Notes under the pieces: model-generated
What the model saw: only the letters and a program-made list of their open reading frames with translations
Told to the model about the DNA's origin: nothing
Database searches by the model: none
Position numbers and translations under genes: made by a program
Source: an uncultured virus (IMG/VR IMGVR_UViG_3300042397_001164)
Taxonomy: Duplodnaviria > Heunggongvirae > Uroviricota > Caudoviricetes > Crassvirales
Strand: one strand, 5' to 3'
Virus record (IMG/VR): IMGVR_UViG_3300042397_001164
Length of the DNA: 64,000 nucleotides
In this document: positions 1-8,119 of the stretch, piece after piece
Layout of the letters: every line of letters starts with the position of its first letter
How positions within the stretch are numbered: the stretch's first letter is position 1

Positions 1-93
1 TTTCGTTGGGCTTGGGCTTGGCTCGGTTGGTCTTGCAATTGGTTGCGGTGTGGTGTGGTTGGTTGGGCTTTACTTAGCTTTGATTTAAGGTAA

Positions 94-113
94 GGGAGAG
101 GGGTAGGGTTGGG
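94..113 (+). other. Potential G-quadruplex motif in G/T-rich non-coding leader
   Basis: GGG-AGA-GGGG-TA-GGG-TT-GGG within a strongly G/T-skewed non-coding stretch (1-140). Confidence 0.5.
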
Positions 114-335
114 CTTGGTTTGTCTTGGTAACTTAGGGGGCTTTCCTTGTGTTATATATATATTAGAATAACGGGGCAAAAAAGCTAATTTGCTCAAATT
201 TAAACTATCTACCTTCGCCCCTTATGATTGTATCAAAAGAAAATTGAGGGGCTAGAAACGGCTAAAAATGGCCTTTAAATTGATTTGGTCTAAAATGTGA
301 ACGATTTGTTAAATATCAACTTTTTTTATTTTTAT

Positions 336-370
336 TTTGCTTAAATACAAATCAAATACCCTTATATTTG
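336..370 (+). promoter_or_regulatory. Bacteroidota-type sigma70 promoter for the early region
   Basis: TATATTTG (TAnnTTTG -7 element) at 363-370; TTTG at 336-339 is a possible -33 element with slightly long spacing; lies upstream of the first + strand gene. Confidence 0.65.
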
Positions 371-397
371 CTTACGAATTAACCAACAAATAAAACC

Positions 398-718
398 ATG
401 AAAAAAATTCCCGCCGCTATAGAGCGAAAAATTAACCTTATTAACTCTCTAATTGATGAGGTAAACAATGCAGAACAAATGCCGGTAACTTATGCCAATA
501 GTACATGGCCTGCCTATGTTCTTATTAAGCCTATAGAGGTAAAAAATCAGTTCGTAACCATTACTAGCAATATATCCTTTGAATCATTTATTAATGGTAG
601 AGAGCGTTACAATATCAATAAATCATCAACTTTCGGCGATGAATACTGCGCAAAACATTTAAATTATACATTAAACCTAATTTTAAAAGCATTTAAAAAC
701 ACCCTTAAAAACCTATAA
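398..718 (+). CDS. Hypothetical early protein
   Basis: 106-aa ORF, AAACCATG start context, first gene of a tightly packed array. Confidence 0.75.
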   Translation: MKKIPAAIERKINLINSLIDEVNNAEQMPVTYANSTWPAYVLIKPIEVKNQFVTITSNISFESFINGRERYNINKSSTFGDEYCAKHLNYTLNLILKAFKNTLKNL

Positions 719-720
719 AC

Positions 721-960
721 ATGAAACTAAAATTTAAAAGCGAGGACGGGTATAAATACCTAACTTTTGGCCCGTTTGAATTTTTCGCAAATAGACAAGG
801 TAAAGAAGGCTACACACTAGAGGTCCACGAATGGTACAAAGTGCCGGACGAGTACCAATCTAACAAGCATTTTTCTAGACGCGTGAATATAGCCTATGAG
901 CCACCATGTAGCCTAGATAAAATCAGAGAGCGAATCATTAATTTTTTAAAAACCTATTAA
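721..960 (+). CDS. Hypothetical early protein
   Basis: 79-aa ORF, starts 2 nt after the previous stop. Confidence 0.7.
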   Translation: MKLKFKSEDGYKYLTFGPFEFFANRQGKEGYTLEVHEWYKVPDEYQSNKHFSRRVNIAYEPPCSLDKIRERIINFLKTY

Positions 961-971
961 TACTATACACA

Positions 972-1154
972 ATGCAAAAGCTAGATTTAACCAACTACCC
1001 GAATATTCAAAAACTAGATGAAGCCTATAAAATAAAAAATGGCCTTTGGTACGTTTCAGGCTCAAAAAATGGCTATAATACTGACGCCATGGGCCGCACT
1101 AAAAAAGACGCCCTTGAAACCTTAGAACTTCACCTCTCGTATGTAACCGAATAA
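972..1154 (+). CDS. Hypothetical early protein
   Basis: 60-aa ORF in packed array. Confidence 0.65.
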   Translation: MQKLDLTNYPNIQKLDEAYKIKNGLWYVSGSKNGYNTDAMGRTKKDALETLELHLSYVTE

Positions 1155-1162
1155 AAAACCCC

Positions 1163-1237
1163 ATGAAAAAATCAACACAAACCGCCCTTTTAATTGTCCT
1201 TTTATTTTTATTAATCACTTTAGCCGATAACCTTTAA
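1163..1237 (+). CDS. Small membrane peptide (24 aa, not in ORF track)
   Basis: Translated by hand: MKKSTQTALLIVLLFLLITLADNL; AAAACCCCATG context; fills a gap in the array. Confidence 0.55.
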   Translation: MKKSTQTALLIVLLFLLITLADNL

Positions 1238-1248
1238 AAATCAAACAC

Positions 1249-1380
1249 ATGAACACGATTAACGCACTTATTCCGGTCCTTTACATTGTTACGCTTACCC
1301 TTTGCGGCCTATCCTTTATGGCCCTATTTTTAACGATTTTTTACAATGGCTTAAAGGCCGTTAAAAACTTTTTATTCTAA
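1249..1380 (+). CDS. Small membrane protein (43 aa, not in ORF track)
   Basis: Translated by hand: MNTINALIPVLYIVTLTLCGLSFMALFLTIFYNGLKAVKNFLF; one hydrophobic helix. Confidence 0.6.
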   Translation: MNTINALIPVLYIVTLTLCGLSFMALFLTIFYNGLKAVKNFLF

Positions 1381-1416
1381 TTTGCTAAAATATTAATTAA
1401 ACACAAAATTTAAACC

Positions 1417-2268
1417 ATGAAAAAAGTATTTACCGACATTTCAACAATCGCGCACTTATGGGCTAACCAATTACAAGAGGAGGCCCGAAATAGTGGAAAC
1501 TTTTATTTTGACGGCAAAACCATTTATAGTTACGGCGGCCATTTTCCAATTGCAAAGCACATAGAAAAAGACGGCGAAAGGGCCGTTTTATTTACAACGC
1601 GCGGCTATAGTAACACAACCGCCCGACATATTGCAGTGGTAAGACACGCAGCAAGTCATTTGAACGTAATTAAGTGCTACAACCCCAACACAACACACGA
1701 AGAAAATTTTAATAGGTGGAAAGTAGACGCGGAGTTAGTGGCCGCAAAATTACCAAAGGCAAAAAAGCCTGAAAAATACCTAAACGAGCTAGAGTACATC
1801 AATAGTCAGGCTAACAAATACGCCCAATTTTTTGGGCTTGAATTACCGGCCATTTTAACCACTATTTTAAGCATTAAAGACAAAAACGAGTGGACCGCTT
1901 ACCACGATCAAAAAACGGCAATTTTAGAGGCGGAAAGGCTCAAAAGGGAGGCGGAATTAAAAAAGCAACATAAAAAGGCTCTTGCTGAATGGAAAGCCGG
2001 TAAAACTCATAGATTATACACACGAATAGAAACCGACTTTTTAAGAGTTAACGAGGAGGCCGCGCGAATAGAAACTACACAAGCGGTCCAAATACCCATG
2101 GAGCTAGGAAAACGCCTTTACAATAGCATTAAGGAAAACACGTTAAAAGTCGGCGATAAGGTCCTGAATTTTGAGGTTAACGAGGTAGGCGCAAAAGTAA
2201 AAATTGGTTGCCACACGTTCACAAAAAAGTATCTTTTACAATTCGGCTCAAAAGTATTCGCAAACTAA
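1417..2268 (+). CDS. Hypothetical early protein (YSxTTxxH motif, coiled-coil middle)
   Basis: 283-aa ORF, TTTAAACCATG start; GYSNTTARH motif of a kind common in phage early proteins. Confidence 0.85.
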   Translation: MKKVFTDISTIAHLWANQLQEEARNSGNFYFDGKTIYSYGGHFPIAKHIEKDGERAVLFTTRGYSNTTARHIAVVRHAASHLNVIKCYNPNTTHEENFNRWKVDAELVAAKLPKAKKPEKYLNELEYINSQANKYAQFFGLELPAILTTILSIKDKNEWTAYHDQKTAILEAERLKREAELKKQHKKALAEWKAGKTHRLYTRIETDFLRVNEEAARIETTQAVQIPMELGKRLYNSIKENTLKVGDKVLNFEVNEVGAKVKIGCHTFTKKYLLQFGSKVFAN

Positions 2269-2295
2269 TTAAACACATAAAAAAAAATCAATACC

Positions 2296-2535
2296 ATGAA
2301 AGCAAATAAATATAACTACTACCTTGTTATACAACAAAATTACGGCTTCGGGTGGGAGGATAATTCCTCCTATTTATGCAGTAGTTCCGGCCTACCAATT
2401 GAAAAAAGCGACAAATTTAGAGAAACAAAAAGCGGCCTTAAAATACCTATTTCGCTATATAGCCACGATTTAGCAGAATACAACCGCACAGGCTACGCAA
2501 CACGCACGATAAAACGCAAAGAAATAAACCAATAA
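2296..2535 (+). CDS. Hypothetical early protein
   Basis: 79-aa ORF. Confidence 0.7.
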   Translation: MKANKYNYYLVIQQNYGFGWEDNSSYLCSSSGLPIEKSDKFRETKSGLKIPISLYSHDLAEYNRTGYATRTIKRKEINQ

Positions 2536-2546
2536 AACTCTATAAA

Positions 2547-2945
2547 ATGAAAATAGTATTTACACCAACGGAGGCGGAAAATTTATTTTATGACGCGTTA
2601 TGTAATGCGCTTAATTACATGGAGTCCGGCTATGATTTAGAGCTAGTATATAGCGATACCGACTACAATACCGCAAAATCTAATTTTAAGGCCCAAAACG
2701 GCCCTAATGTGTCGGCATGTTACGAAGATATACTAATGCAGATTTTAAAGGACGGAAACCGCCTTAAAATCGTGGACCATGGAGGCGATAGTTACACGCG
2801 CTCAATTACCCTAGCAGACGTACACGAAAAAGTGGCCCTTACCCCCTTTCAACATTTACTAGACGCCATAAACGAAAACGGGGACGCGTCCACCGGCGAT
2901 TGTATCTTACAAAGCGTATTTTTTGGCGCGGTTATTTTCGGTTAA
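2547..2945 (+). CDS. Hypothetical early protein
   Basis: 132-aa ORF ending DAxxxDxILQxxxFGxVIFG, a recurrent phage-protein C-terminus. Confidence 0.8.
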   Translation: MKIVFTPTEAENLFYDALCNALNYMESGYDLELVYSDTDYNTAKSNFKAQNGPNVSACYEDILMQILKDGNRLKIVDHGGDSYTRSITLADVHEKVALTPFQHLLDAINENGDASTGDCILQSVFFGAVIFG

Positions 2946-2973
2946 TATTTTAAAAAATCAAAAAAATAAAACA

Positions 2974-3273
2974 ATGGAAAACCTAACAAAAACCTTTAAA
3001 GATTTAAGAAAAAAAGGCTACTTCGCGCGCCAAAACTTTACTTGTTGTCAAAGTTGCGGCTGGGCCGCCGTTCCCGATGAATACTCACAAAAGGCCGTCT
3101 TTTACCATGCACAAGATAAGGAAAGCATGAAACGAAACGGCGATTTATATCTAGCATGGAGCGGGGACGGGCGCGAAATAGTGGAAATATTTGAAAAAAA
3201 CGGCTTTTTTGTAGATTGGAACGGCGAAAACAATACCCGAATTTTAGTAAAAACACAACCAATAAAACCCTAA
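2974..3273 (+). CDS. DUF6891-like protein
   Basis: ARQNFTCCQSCG and FYHAQD motifs; start moved to the ATG at 2974 (A-rich context, no overlap with previous gene). Confidence 0.65.
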   Translation: MENLTKTFKDLRKKGYFARQNFTCCQSCGWAAVPDEYSQKAVFYHAQDKESMKRNGDLYLAWSGDGREIVEIFEKNGFFVDWNGENNTRILVKTQPIKP

Positions 3274-3276
3274 CCA

Positions 3277-3483
3277 ATGACATACGAGCAATACTTATTC
3301 AGCCAATTATTAGCCCTTTACGATTTTGATTTTGCGGAGTTGCCATACGATTATCAATTTGCGGACGCTTTAGTAATGTATAAAGATTTTGAGCAAAGCC
3401 CCTTCAATGTTGATAATATAGGCCTTTATGAGTGTATTATTAACTATTTGCAAAACAAATACCCCCAAACAAACAACCAATAA
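3277..3483 (+). CDS. Hypothetical early protein
   Basis: 68-aa ORF. Confidence 0.7.
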   Translation: MTYEQYLFSQLLALYDFDFAELPYDYQFADALVMYKDFEQSPFNVDNIGLYECIINYLQNKYPQTNNQ

Positions 3484-3494
3484 AACCTAATAAA

Positions 3495-3671
3495 ATGAAA
3501 AAATTCACATTAACCATGTCGCGTACTTATCAAACTATTTTTGAAATAGAGGCCGAAAACGAATCGGAGGCCCTAAATAAGCTAGAACAAATGGAGGATA
3601 GATACGCGGTTGAACTAGAGCAATGCTGCGTAATTAACGAGCAAATAGAATGTACGGAAGAAAACGCGTGA
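3495..3671 (+). CDS. Small acidic protein (58 aa, DpnD/PcfM-like IEAENESEA motif; not in ORF track)
   Basis: Translated by hand: MKKFTLTMSRTYQTIFEIEAENESEALNKLEQ... Confidence 0.65.
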   Translation: MKKFTLTMSRTYQTIFEIEAENESEALNKLEQMEDRYAVELEQCCVINEQIECTEENA

Positions 3672-3749
3672 ACTTACCAATAAAATCAACAAGCAGTGGC
3701 CGTCCGGCTGCAAACCTTACCAAATTAAAAACCATACAAAACACAAACC

Positions 3750-3917
3750 ATGTCAAAGATTAACAAACTAAAAGCCCAAATCTTAGCCCTTAATAACCGA
3801 ATTAAGACCGGCAAAGTAAAAAACGTGTATTCTATTCAAAACAAGATTAAGCAGCTAAAAAACGACCTTAAAATTGAAATGGATAACTATAATTGGGAGA
3901 ACTATTTGTCTAATTAA
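3750..3917 (+). CDS. Small basic coiled-coil protein (55 aa, not in ORF track)
   Basis: Translated by hand: MSKINKLKAQILALNNRIKTGK...; CAAACCATG start. Confidence 0.6.
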   Translation: MSKINKLKAQILALNNRIKTGKVKNVYSIQNKIKQLKNDLKIEMDNYNWENYLSN

Positions 3918-3927
3918 ACCAACCCCC

Positions 3928-4041
3928 ATGGAAGCAGCCATTTTACTTACCACCCTATTAACCTTATTTGTAGGCGCGGACCTTAGCACTAAGGAAACCG
4001 GCTACATCAACAACAATTTTGAAGAAACAAATAACCAATAA
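3928..4041 (+). CDS. Small peptide with hydrophobic N-terminus (37 aa, not in ORF track)
   Basis: Translated by hand: MEAAILLTTLLTLFVGADLSTKETGYINNNFEETNNQ. Confidence 0.4.
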   Translation: MEAAILLTTLLTLFVGADLSTKETGYINNNFEETNNQ

Positions 4042-4066
4042 TCAACAACCAATTAAATTAAATTTT

Positions 4067-4270
4067 ATGACACAAGAGCAAACTTTTTACATTGTTAAAT
4101 ACAATGACACTTACGGCAACGGAGATGAAACAAGCATTGAAGCCCTTTTAAAGTCCGAAAAAGATTTTAAGAAGTGGCTCAAAGAACACAACAAAGAACG
4201 CAAAGAAAACGGGGAGCAACGCGAATTAGCGGAGGAATTTGATGTAATACCGGTACAATTATTTAATTAA
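4067..4270 (+). CDS. Hypothetical early protein
   Basis: Track ORF 4019..4270; the ATG at 4067 (MTQEQ) is the more plausible start. Confidence 0.7.
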   Translation: MTQEQTFYIVKYNDTYGNGDETSIEALLKSEKDFKKWLKEHNKERKENGEQRELAEEFDVIPVQLFN

Positions 4271-4288
4271 CCAAAAAACAATTAAACC

Positions 4289-4579
4289 ATGAATAACTTA
4301 AAAACCTTAGCCCAAATGGGTTGCGGAAAAGAAATATTGAATAGCGTTATTGAAAGAGGTAATATACAAGCGGCAATTAATAATTGCAATAAATTTTTGA
4401 AGTATTACAAGTACGCAGTAAAAAGCGACCTCTATACTAAGGAACAAGCAATAAATGGGTTATATAAATACTATGATGAATTAATATCCATTGAACATAT
4501 TGCTAATAAATACGATTATTTATGGCAAGAAAAGTTTTACAAATGTAAATTATTGACTGAAAAATTTATGGAAATATAA
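4289..4579 (+). CDS. Hypothetical early protein
   Basis: 96-aa ORF starting in the repeated spacer. Confidence 0.75.
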   Translation: MNNLKTLAQMGCGKEILNSVIERGNIQAAINNCNKFLKYYKYAVKSDLYTKEQAINGLYKYYDELISIEHIANKYDYLWQEKFYKCKLLTEKFMEI

Positions 4580-4607
4580 TTATTAATAAATTAAAACCAA
4601 TTAAACC

Positions 4608-4820
4608 ATGAAAACACCACTTACCGCCCTACAATTATGGGAATTTTTAACCTCTTTACACGAGGAAGGCCATGACCTAGAAAACATCAAAGTATTATAC
4701 CGATATGATAGGGATAGCGATGATGTATTTGTATACGCAGCCGAGGAGGACCTATACGATATGAAAACCAATAGCGTACTAGAAACAATCATGTTATTAA
4801 CTAACCCCGAAGAACTATAA
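4608..4820 (+). CDS. Hypothetical acidic early protein
   Basis: 70-aa ORF starting in the repeated spacer. Confidence 0.75.
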   Translation: MKTPLTALQLWEFLTSLHEEGHDLENIKVLYRYDRDSDDVFVYAAEEDLYDMKTNSVLETIMLLTNPEEL

Positions 4821-4823
4821 GCC

Positions 4824-5081
4824 ATGAAAAATTATCAACTACACCATGAATCTACAATTAGAATTTACTACCTATTTAGATGTGATGACCCAAATAGACC
4901 TCCCACCATGCAAACTGATGAAAGTTACTCCCTAGATAGACAGGAGGAGGCATATAAATTAAAAGATGAATTAGATAAGCTAGGAGTTAACTACGATTTT
5001 TTAATTGAGAGGTGGGATTCGGGCGCTGAAGAAATTTTAAGTAACGACTATGTAGTTCAAAACAATTATAAAAACAATTAA
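4824..5081 (+). CDS. Hypothetical early protein
   Basis: 85-aa ORF. Confidence 0.7.
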   Translation: MKNYQLHHESTIRIYYLFRCDDPNRPPTMQTDESYSLDRQEEAYKLKDELDKLGVNYDFLIERWDSGAEEILSNDYVVQNNYKNN

Positions 5082-5094
5082 AACCAATTAAACC

Positions 5095-5286
5095 ATGACA
5101 AAATATAAAGCTATAAGAAATAAAGACGCCGACTATATTATAGACAACCAAAAAATGTATGCAGTTGAATATGCGTCAATAGATAAGCATGAAAATGTTA
5201 TAGATTATGGAATTGACTATGATAGTTTTGAAAGTGAAGAAGAAGCAGAAAACCACATTAAAAAATATAATAACCCATTAAATTAA
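5095..5286 (+). CDS. Hypothetical early protein
   Basis: 63-aa ORF bounded on both sides by the repeated spacer; FESEEEAE motif. Confidence 0.75.
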   Translation: MTKYKAIRNKDADYIIDNQKMYAVEYASIDKHENVIDYGIDYDSFESEEEAENHIKKYNNPLN

Positions 5287-5298
5287 ACCAATTAAACC

Positions 5299-5568
5299 AT
5301 GAAAACATTATTAATAGATAGAGAGGCTTTTTGCGATTGGTATTTTGATCATGACATTTGTAAGGACTTTTTTTATAACCATAAAATTTTAGATTCATTA
5401 ATAACCAATGGCGTATTTAAGATAGACGCACAACAACTTTTAGATAGTTGCGGTTATTTACCTTTTCATGTTGTCGCAGAAGGGCAAGAGCCTATTCTTG
5501 ATGATGGTGAAGAAGTTGAAATGTCAGCTTACGATACTATAACATTTGCTACCCCAACGGGAAATTAA
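5299..5568 (+). CDS. Hypothetical acidic early protein
   Basis: 89-aa ORF starting in the repeated spacer. Confidence 0.75.
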   Translation: MKTLLIDREAFCDWYFDHDICKDFFYNHKILDSLITNGVFKIDAQQLLDSCGYLPFHVVAEGQEPILDDGEEVEMSAYDTITFATPTGN

Positions 5569-5573
5569 TTTGT

Positions 5574-5600
5574 TTAATTAAATTAATTATCTAATTTTAC
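5574..5600 (+). promoter_or_regulatory. TTAATTAAATTAA box plus variant -7 element
   Basis: Exact 13-mer at 5574-5586 followed by TAATTTTAC (one mismatch to TAnnTTTG) upstream of the ORF at 5623. Confidence 0.5.
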
Positions 5601-5622
5601 TTTCCACAAAAACAAACAACCA

Positions 5623-5853
5623 ATGACAAAGAAAGAAATGTTACGCGATACCATGTTCCGAATGTTTAAGGGGGACACTATACCCTTTGCAGACATGGAC
5701 GATTTTATAGAAATGTGGAGGGCTTTAGCTGATAAGTGGGGAATATACCTACCTGATGAGGAATGGGAGCAATTTGCCGAGGAAATCAATAGCGAGGCCT
5801 CCAATAGACAAAGCGTATTTAACGAGATTTTTGACAAACATTTTAACCAATAA
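5623..5853 (+). CDS. Hypothetical protein
   Basis: 76-aa ORF. Confidence 0.75.
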   Translation: MTKKEMLRDTMFRMFKGDTIPFADMDDFIEMWRALADKWGIYLPDEEWEQFAEEINSEASNRQSVFNEIFDKHFNQ

Positions 5854-5865
5854 AACCAATTAACC

Positions 5866-6075
5866 ATGACAAAGTATGAACTAATGAAAATTACAAACCC
5901 TGATGAAACTATTGTATATTTCATAAGAAAAAATGGTGATTCAGTATCAGGCTCATTCACCACAAAATTAAATGAAGCCGAAGAAATGTTAAAAGAATTT
6001 GAGAAGGGCAAACCCAGTGAGCCTATTTATGAAACTCTTAAAACAATAAAAGTAGAGGAGGGCGGGAATGATTAA
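5866..6075 (+). CDS. Hypothetical protein
   Basis: 69-aa ORF starting in a spacer variant. Confidence 0.75.
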   Translation: MTKYELMKITNPDETIVYFIRKNGDSVSGSFTTKLNEAEEMLKEFEKGKPSEPIYETLKTIKVEEGGND

Positions 6076-6235
6076 ATGGCTTAATAGCTATTTTTCACAA
6101 AAAGAAAAGATAAAACGAGCAAAACTCCGAGAGATAGATAGGAGAATAGCTAAGAGTGATGATTATGACGAGCTAGTCAACCTAACCCGATTATATAACC
6201 GAATAAAACAAGATGAAGAAAACCAAACAAATTAG
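6068..6235 (+). CDS. Hypothetical protein (55 aa, not in ORF track)
   Basis: Translated by hand: MIKWLNSYFSQKEKIKRAKLREIDRR...; short overlaps with both neighbours. Confidence 0.55.
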   Translation: MIKWLNSYFSQKEKIKRAKLREIDRRIAKSDDYDELVNLTRLYNRIKQDEENQTN

Positions 6236-6419
6236 TGTCCTTGAATACGCAAGTAAGGTAAACCCCGACCTATTTAGACCAAATAGAAAAGACCCTTCTG
6301 CTCCCATGACACAACAAGCAATTAAATATAGAATCAAACACAACCTACAATTACCGGAAGTTATCAAGTATAACCGCGTAGGTAAGGTCCATGTATTGAC
6401 CGTAGATGCAAATTTTTAG
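6213..6419 (+). CDS. Putative HTH-like DNA-binding protein
   Basis: SVLEYA...MTQQAIKYRIK pattern typical of small phage HTH/excisionase-like proteins. Confidence 0.5.
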   Translation: MKKTKQISVLEYASKVNPDLFRPNRKDPSAPMTQQAIKYRIKHNLQLPEVIKYNRVGKVHVLTVDANF

Positions 6420-6442
6420 TAACAAATAAACCAAAAAATCAA

Positions 6443-6640
6443 ATGAAAACAAACTTAGAATGGGTAATCAATTGTATTAACTCATGTACCAACCTAGAGC
6501 AATTAAAAACCTGTGAAGTTATTATTGGACTTTATAAATTTAGATTAGCTAAAGACGGAATGGCTGAGGCTGATATATATGGGGAAGAAAGCCAGTTACT
6601 AACCGCTTACTTAGATAAGGAGGCTATGTTATTAATCTAA
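6443..6640 (+). CDS. Hypothetical protein
   Basis: 65-aa ORF. Confidence 0.7.
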   Translation: MKTNLEWVINCINSCTNLEQLKTCEVIIGLYKFRLAKDGMAEADIYGEESQLLTAYLDKEAMLLI

Positions 6641-6834
6641 TGGGAAACAGATACCAGATATCCGAGTCCGCCATGATCCAAATGGAGAATGACTACCTAA
6701 AGGAGAGGATAGAATTGTTAAAAAATGAAGTTAGATACTTAAAGGAAAAGTTATTGTCTTATGAGGAAACCAGCACCGGAGAAGGATATAATGCAAAGCA
6801 AACGTCAGGAACTCAAATCATCAGGGGTAATTGA
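6640..6834 (+). CDS. Hypothetical coiled-coil protein
   Basis: 64-aa ORF, TAATG coupling to the previous gene. Confidence 0.6.
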   Translation: MGNRYQISESAMIQMENDYLKERIELLKNEVRYLKEKLLSYEETSTGEGYNAKQTSGTQIIRGN

Positions 6835-6982
6835 GATATGGGTAAATGATAGCTTGTATGCAACGAAACAATTTAAGGGTAAAAGCCACCGCAGTAAAAT
6901 CATTCAGGAATGGCTGCAAATGATAGGCAAACCCTTTGAACCAAGAAAAATTTATTTAGTAGTAAAACCAATGCACCTATGA
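6761..6982 (+). CDS. Hypothetical protein
   Basis: 73-aa ORF, ATGA coupling to the next gene; start uncertain. Confidence 0.55.
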   Translation: MRKPAPEKDIMQSKRQELKSSGVIEIWVNDSLYATKQFKGKSHRSKIIQEWLQMIGKPFEPRKIYLVVKPMHL

Positions 6983-7191
6983 CAAACATGACACCAATTA
7001 GACAAGTAATGGAAGCTAGAAGTTTTCGTAACCAAAATGACTTTGATTCATGGCTTTTAGATAACTTTGATAGGCTATTCAATGAAGAAAAACAAATGAT
7101 CGCAGAGGCAATGGAATATGCTTTTGATGACGGGGATAATAAACATGTAATTGAAAAGTATTATTTGGAAAAATACATTGAAAAAAAATAA
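6979..7191 (+). CDS. Hypothetical protein
   Basis: 70-aa ORF with EEKQMIAEA...Y motif typical of Bacteroidota phage small proteins. Confidence 0.7.
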   Translation: MTNMTPIRQVMEARSFRNQNDFDSWLLDNFDRLFNEEKQMIAEAMEYAFDDGDNKHVIEKYYLEKYIEKK

Positions 7192-7196
7192 AAACC

Positions 7197-7409
7197 ATGA
7201 CCGACTTACAAAAGCAATACATAGACAACAACCATAAGCATGAGCCAATATCCATGATGATACCCAATATCAACCTAACTTATTTGCAGATATTGACATA
7301 CTATAAATCAATGGGATATGAGCCATTAAAGAAGCGAGGTAGAAGGCATGAGTATAAAACACCTTCCGGCTACTTTGATATTGATAACTACAAACCGGAA
7401 ACAATATGA
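7197..7409 (+). CDS. Hypothetical protein
   Basis: 70-aa ORF, AAAACCATG start. Confidence 0.7.
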   Translation: MTDLQKQYIDNNHKHEPISMMIPNINLTYLQILTYYKSMGYEPLKKRGRRHEYKTPSGYFDIDNYKPETI

Positions 7410-8029
7410 AATTAAATTCAAGCATACCAAATTTCAAAGCCTTAGTAAAGAAATCATTTTTTACAAAAGATGAGAACGATAGCAACGAATACTACAATGT
7501 TTATGTATTCGGCATACAATCATTTGCCGGTAAGATACTTACGTTCCATGTTATTACGGACTCCGGTATGCTAAGAAGTAGAGTTCCAATATCAGAAATA
7601 TATACGAAAGTTCCGACAAACGATATACCATTCTATTACAAACAATTATGGGATTGTTTTAGTGAGAATGTAGCAGTTGTTGAGTACGAGTTTTTAGCCT
7701 TCCATAAGGCACAAGTAGTATTAAGAGATGGCAGTAAGGTATGGGCAACATATATACTAACTATTGACTGGTATAATAATCCATATAGCAAAGAGCCTTC
7801 CGACTACAAATGCGGCCATTTGCTTGAATCTGATGATGGATATTTGTTGTGCATGCCTAACAATAGGATCTTTTGGAAGGACTCTAATTTTGTAACCAAG
7901 CCCCTACCAGATGATTTAAAGCAGTTTAAGGTAGACACTGAACTTCCTTCCGTAGAAAACCAATCGGATAGATGGGTAGCAGAAGATACCAATTCATTTT
8001 ATTATGATATAATAGAAACAAACAAATAA
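7406..8029 (+). CDS. Conserved phage protein of unknown function
   Basis: 207-aa ORF with QLWDCFS, YILTIDW and PNNRIFW motifs; ATGA coupling. Confidence 0.8.
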   Translation: MKLNSSIPNFKALVKKSFFTKDENDSNEYYNVYVFGIQSFAGKILTFHVITDSGMLRSRVPISEIYTKVPTNDIPFYYKQLWDCFSENVAVVEYEFLAFHKAQVVLRDGSKVWATYILTIDWYNNPYSKEPSDYKCGHLLESDDGYLLCMPNNRIFWKDSNFVTKPLPDDLKQFKVDTELPSVENQSDRWVAEDTNSFYYDIIETNK

Positions 8030-8119
8030 AGGTAGTAATACTACTACAATGTGCGATAAAATGCACATAAATTCGGAATTTTATCCTATATAAAACAACT
8101 TAACCTAAAACAAAAAAAC

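Larger units (their letters stand above)
4275..5868 (+). repeat. Repeated stop-to-start spacer TAA(A)ACCAATTAAACCATG between early genes
   Basis: TTAAAACCAATTAAACCATG identical at 4591-4610 and 5078-5097; near copies at 5283-5301, 5851-5868 and 4275-4291. Confidence 0.85.

Noticed and set aside
4275..5868. Repeated 20-mer as a CRISPR array or integron attC sites
   Set aside because: The spacers are whole genes of 200-550 bp, the repeat is non-palindromic, and no cas or integrase gene is present.
3038..7992. Minus-strand ORFs in the early region (e.g. 3038..3283, 4601..4825, 5583..6011, 6900..7485, 7804..7992)
   Set aside because: They overlap better-supported, tightly packed + strand genes and lack start contexts.
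8026..8110. tRNA gene
   Set aside because: Hairpins are present but there is no TTCGA T-loop, 7-bp acceptor stem or CCA; no tRNA was recognised anywhere in the window.
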